DNA of 11,813 nt from Octopus sinensis (taxonomy: Eukaryota), in assembly GCF_006345805.1 (NCBI RefSeq), contig NW_021826876.1, positions 1-11,813 on the forward strand. The letters run 5' to 3'. Shown piece by piece: positions 8,272 to 11,813 of the stretch. Both the position numbers and the translations under genes were made by a program. The notes beneath the pieces are model-generated. The model saw only the letters and a list, made by a program, of their open reading frames with translations. It ran no database searches and was not told the origin of the DNA. The first letter of the stretch is position 1. Each line of letters starts with the position of its first letter.

Positions 8272-8361
8272 AAACAAGTTAATTTGTCTTAAGTCATTTT
8301 TCGGTTTAAGTCGTGTCCCCTGGACCAATTAACGACGTAGGGTGAGGTTATACCTGTGTAA

Positions 8362-8391
8362 ATATATAGATATATATATATTATATATATA

Positions 8392-8450
<59 letters not shown>

Positions 8451-8503
8451 CATACACACACACGCGTAGTGTGTGTGTGTGTATTATATACATGGAATTA
8501 TAT

Positions 8504-8550
<47 letters not shown>
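8362..8550. repeat. (TA)n/(TG)n compound microsatellite
   Basis: Directly visible. Confidence 0.95.
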
Positions 8551-8551
<1 letters not shown>

Positions 8552-8821
8552 GCTCACACATACATGTTCCCCTTATCTATTCATAATTATCTGTTAATCT
8601 ATCTATTTACCTATCTAAATAGCTTTCTATTTAATTGCTAAGAAAATAATATACAATCCAGTGAAGCGAAACGTATGACACCAAACTAAATGGATATAAC
8701 AGAATTATTTTGCTTTCTTAGACTTCTGAATGATACTTATTTTGTGTCCCGATTGCTTCTAAACAAATCTATTTACATATCTGTGTCTGTCTGTCTGTCT
8801 TTCCCCGCCTCTCTCTCTATA

Positions 8822-9047
8822 TAATATAAATAATATATAAATATATGCATATATACATACATATATGTACATACCTACATATATATATGTATACATGCAT
8901 ATATGGGTACAGGACATAAAAAAAAAACGTTGAGCACAATGAGAAACAAAAACATAAACACAAAAACATAGAAACGAACTATTTTTCAAACAACAAAAAA
9001 AAAAAAAACCAGAGTACAAGGCATACGACACAAGGAATATTCCCCTT
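8822..9047 (-). mobile_element. T-rich repeat family P, copy 3 (inverted, truncated at the adjoining SINE)
   Basis: Reverse complement AAGGGGAATATTCCTTGTGTCGTATGCCTTGTACTCT ... GTACCCATATATGCATG aligns with 1673-1870. Confidence 0.8.
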
Positions 9048-9355
9048 GTGGAGGCGCAATGGCCCAGTGGTTAGGGCAGCGGACTCGCGGTCGTAGGATC
9101 GCGGTTTCGATTCCCAGACCGGGCGTTATGACTGTTTATTGAGCGAAAACACCTAAAGCTCCACGAGGCTCCGACAGGGGATGGTGGCGATCCCTGCTGT
9201 ACTCTTTCGCTACAACTTTCTCTCACTTTCTCTTCTGTTGGCCTGCTCGCCTAGCGAGCGGGGGGTGAATAATTTGATTGGCTAAAAACAATGCGAAGCG
9301 CATTGTGACCAGCGATGTGTAGCAACATCTGATAGCCTGGTCGGTCACGGTGATA
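9048..9355 (+). mobile_element. tRNA-derived SINE, family C, apparently near full length
   Basis: A box TGGCCCAGTGG (9060-9070), B-box-like GGTTTCGATTCC (9103-9114), a tRNA-unrelated body, a 3' stem-loop (9305-9348) and a (TA)n tail. Confidence 0.85.
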
Positions 9356-9426
<71 letters not shown>

Positions 9427-9440
9427 TATATATTTATATA
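9356..9440. repeat. (TA)n microsatellite / SINE tail
   Basis: Directly visible. Confidence 0.97.
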
Positions 9441-9705
9441 CTGCTGTGTTGTCACAAAACTGAAAAATACGAAAAAGAAAAAAACAACATAAAAAAACAA
9501 TAAATACTTAATTCGCTTTAAAAATATACATTTTCAAGAGTAAAGGAAAATTCATCAGTTTCCTTCTTTTAGTTTTATTTCAAAAGTTGTACATATATTT
9601 TTGGGGCTAATCGCCATTTTATGCCTTTATGTTAAACTATCGACATTGGAGTCGAGGGTAACTTGGAATTAGTCTATTTCTTACTACTTTCGCTATTAGT
9701 TTCAG

Positions 9706-9821
9706 GAGACCATGTAAGCAGATACAGATATCTTCTCGATCCTCACCTTTATACATGATCCAGTGGAGCATCCTGAGATGTGACAGCTCGAGAGGAGGCG
9801 GCTTGCATAAGCATTGTGCAG
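9706..9821 (+). other. Weak candidate exon in a unique-sequence island
   Basis: Acceptor TTCTTACTACTTTCGCTATTAGTTTCAG| and donor CAG|GTACTT; one frame is open throughout (RPCKQIQISSRSSPLYMIQWSILRCDSSRGGGLHKHCA). No family recognised. Confidence 0.18.
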
Positions 9822-9860
9822 GTACTTACACACACTCGCGCGCACACACATACATATATA

Positions 9861-10019
9861 CTCTTTTATTTGTTTCGGTCATTTGACTGCGGCCATGCTG
9901 GAACACAACCTTAAAGTGTTTTTAGTCAAAGAAATTGACCGCAGGACTTATTCATTGTAAGCCTTGAATTTATTTCATCAATCTTTTTTTGCCGAACCTC
10001 TAAGTTATGGGGACTTAAA

Positions 10020-10024
<5 letters not shown>
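9861..10024 (-). mobile_element. CORE-like SINE family B, 3' half only
   Basis: Reverse complement GTCCCCATAACTTAGAGGTTCGGCAAAA ... GAATAAGTCCTGCGGTCAA ... CCAGCATGGCCGCAGTCAAATGACCGAAACAAATAAAAGAG matches 10355-10500. Confidence 0.88.
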
Positions 10025-10080
<56 letters not shown>

Positions 10081-10081
<1 letters not shown>

Positions 10082-10244
10082 GGCGCAGGAGTGGCTGTGT
10101 GGTAAGTAGCTTCCTATCCAACCACATGGTTCCAGGTTCAGTCCCACTGCGTGGCACCTTGGGCAAGTGTCTTTTACTATCTAGCCTCGGGCCGACTAAA
10201 GCCTTGCGAGTGGATTTGGTAGACGGAAACTGAAAGAATCCCGT

Positions 10245-10288
<44 letters not shown>

Positions 10289-10500
10289 TGTGTGTGTGTA
10301 TGTGTGTGTGCGTGTCCCAACATCCATTGACAACTGATGCTGGTGTGTTTACATCCTCGTAACTTAGTAGTTCGGCAAAAGATACCGATAGAATAAGTAC
10401 TAGGCTTACAAAGAATAAGTCCTGGGGGTCGATTTGCTCAGCTAAAGGCGCTGCTCCAGCATGGTCGCAGTCAAAATGACTGAAAACGAATAAAAGAATA
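10081..10500 (+). mobile_element. CORE-like tRNA SINE family B (octopus OR-type), full length with internal microsatellite
   Basis: A box TGGCTGTGTGG (10092-10102), B box GGTTCAGTCCC (10135-10145), MIR-CORE-like ACCTTGGGCAAGT (10156-10168), internal (TA)n(TG)n at ~10248-10312, and an A-rich 3' end. The OR label is from recollection. Confidence 0.9.
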
Positions 10501-10544
10501 TATATATATGAATATATGGGTATAAGGCGTCACCAACTGTGCAA

Positions 10545-10838
10545 ACAACATGAAATACGTAAACAAACGAGTTAAGTACGAAAAAAAAATGGAAAACAGG
10601 ACAAGTAAACACAGAGTTTGCGGCTGTCTATGTACTCATCTTTTCGACCATTCAACGACAGTATGAGTCTTCAAAGACAGTTGCTCCCATAAATTCTAAA
10701 ATAAAATTTAGGATTTATGGAGGGTCAAAGATGGAAACAAAAACGGATGAGTGGAGACATACAAGGAAACCGAACGAAAACAAACATGAAGGGTCGTTAG
10801 ACCAGAACGAGAGGAAGATAGTAAACGCTGAGAGAATA
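10545..10838 (-). mobile_element. T-rich repeat fragment distantly related to the 5' part of family P copy 1
   Basis: TAAAATAAAATTTAGGATTTATGGAGGGTCAAAGATGGAAACAAAAAC resembles the reverse complement of ~1520-1582 (TTAAATAAAATTTGAGATTTTTTTGCGGAGGGGTAAAAATGGTAACAAAAAC). Confidence 0.5.
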
Positions 10839-10849
10839 TATATATACGT

Positions 10850-11169
10850 ACATATTTAACCCTATTATCTCCCCTAATTTCGCTCTTGCGTCTCACGTTT
10901 GATCTTTGACTTCTGGCCGAAATCAGATCGCCATGTTGATTCGCTAACCTCTGCACGCATATTTTTTTCTCTCCTTCTTTCTGTGTTTTTTCTCTGTGTA
11001 TCTTTCTGTTGAAGAGCGTAGGCTCGAAACGTTAAAGACTTGGTTTATTTATATTTCCTGAGCGCCATACTAATACAATTGTTTGTTTGTATTCCACCCG
11101 CCTTCGTCTTTTGTTTATTTCCGCAAACCTGCCTTCGTCTTTTGTCTATTTTCATAAAGCTTCCCGTTA
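10850..11169 (+). mobile_element. Penelope-like terminal repeat fragment carrying a hammerhead-like motif
   Basis: T-rich segment bounded by (TA)n on both sides; contains the fold at 11001-11038 and a 31-bp-period duplication (GCCTTCGTCTTTTGT at 11100 and 11131). Confidence 0.6.
11001..11038 (+). ncRNA. Degenerate minimal type I hammerhead ribozyme
   Basis: Stem I TCTTT/AAAGA; core CTGTTGA-A (consensus CTGANGA, A>T); stem II GAGC-GTAG-GCTC; GAAA; minimal stem III within the palindrome AACGTT; cleavage triplet GTT. Confidence 0.65.
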
Positions 11170-11182
11170 TATATATATATAT

Positions 11183-11435
11183 CACCGTCGAAACGTAGAG
11201 TAGATGAAATTAAGGCGACTGAAGAAGGTTTTTTTCTTTGTGTTAATTGTCCTGTTTTCTATTTTTTTGTTGTTTAAAAAAATGTCCAGTTCCTTGGGTT
11301 TGTGTCTATGTTTTCGTTTCTCATTGTGTTCGACGTCTTTTTGGTGTCCTGTACTCATATATGCGTGTATATGTACATGTAGAGGTAGGTAGGTACATAT
11401 ATGTTTATATATATGCATATGTTTTATTTATTAAT
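11183..11435 (+). mobile_element. T-rich repeat family P, copy 2
   Basis: Aligns with 1636-1884; flanked by (TA)n on both sides; begins with GTC-GAAA-CG-TA-GAGT. Confidence 0.85.
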
Positions 11436-11813
11436 ATATATATATATATATTAGGAATAATTAAAACTATATAGAATATGGAAACTTGTTCATTTACGTC
11501 TTATTTTACAATTTCATGCAGTATATTTATATGGTTGTTATGAATTACAACCTGTTTCCACTGTATAAAGTACGGGTAGTTGGTCATTTTCAAACGGGCA
11601 TAATATTTTGTGCAGCTTCTTTCTTCATGGTGTGAAGAACCCGTATTTGTCAGAAAAAAAAATTATAGAATAAATAACGACTAATATTGTTTGCTTTTTA
11701 TTTGTTTGCCTCTTGTACATAAATATATCTTAGCTTTTTAATAGTATCGGCATTAAACACGTGAACACTAACATATCTTATAGTTTACGATATATGAGCG
11801 ATTGCTTTACCAA

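Larger units (their letters stand above)
7045..8356 (+). mobile_element. 5'-truncated Tigger/pogo (Tc1/mariner superfamily) DNA transposon
   Basis: DDE_1-type transposase remnant, an AT-rich 3' region, and a right end GGTGAGGTTATACCTG (8341-8356) resembling Tigger TIRs that end in CCTG. No matching left TIR seen in the window. Confidence 0.85.

Noticed and set aside
8666-8675. GC-GAAA-CG-TA resembling a hammerhead 3' half
   Set aside because: No CTGANGA core or stem partner upstream; too short to support.
9053-9125. Functional tRNA gene
   Set aside because: A and B boxes are present but there is no clean cloverleaf, and it continues into a SINE body and TA tail.
9347-9357. ACGGTGATA(TA)n end shared with the minus strand of 11175-11188
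   Set aside because: Only about 9 nt beyond the TA run, and copy 1 of family P does not end there; could be chance.
10625-10682. Minus-strand hammerhead-like arrangement (CTGTC-TTTGAA-GAC...GTC-GAAA)
   Set aside because: The core is one base short and mutated, and stem III does not pair.

Overview
Repeat-saturated, AT-rich eukaryotic DNA, most likely an intron or intergenic region of an octopus (cephalopod) genome. This assignment is inferred from the SINE families and the density of (TA)n, (CA)n and (ATGT)n tracts. No intact gene is recognisable, and most ORFs in the supplied track are translated microsatellites. Supportable content: (i) about nine copies or fragments of three tRNA-derived SINE families; (ii) a decayed 3' fragment of an R4/Dong-type restriction-like-endonuclease LINE (minus, ~1985-2737); (iii) a decayed Tigger/pogo transposon (~7045-8356) and a pogo-type MITE (~1193-1416); (iv) several T-rich Penelope-like terminal-repeat fragments, one with a degenerate minimal type I hammerhead ribozyme fold (11001-11038); (v) weak candidate exons. 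The most unusual feature is 5093-5962. A 358-bp unit of unknown identity is read forward for about 1.14 laps, then switches strand and is read backward for more than one full lap across its own head-to-tail junction, with (TA)n tracts on both sides. That architecture implies a circular or concatemeric template. However, the inverted arm is so deletion-biased that a long-read or assembly artefact must be excluded first.
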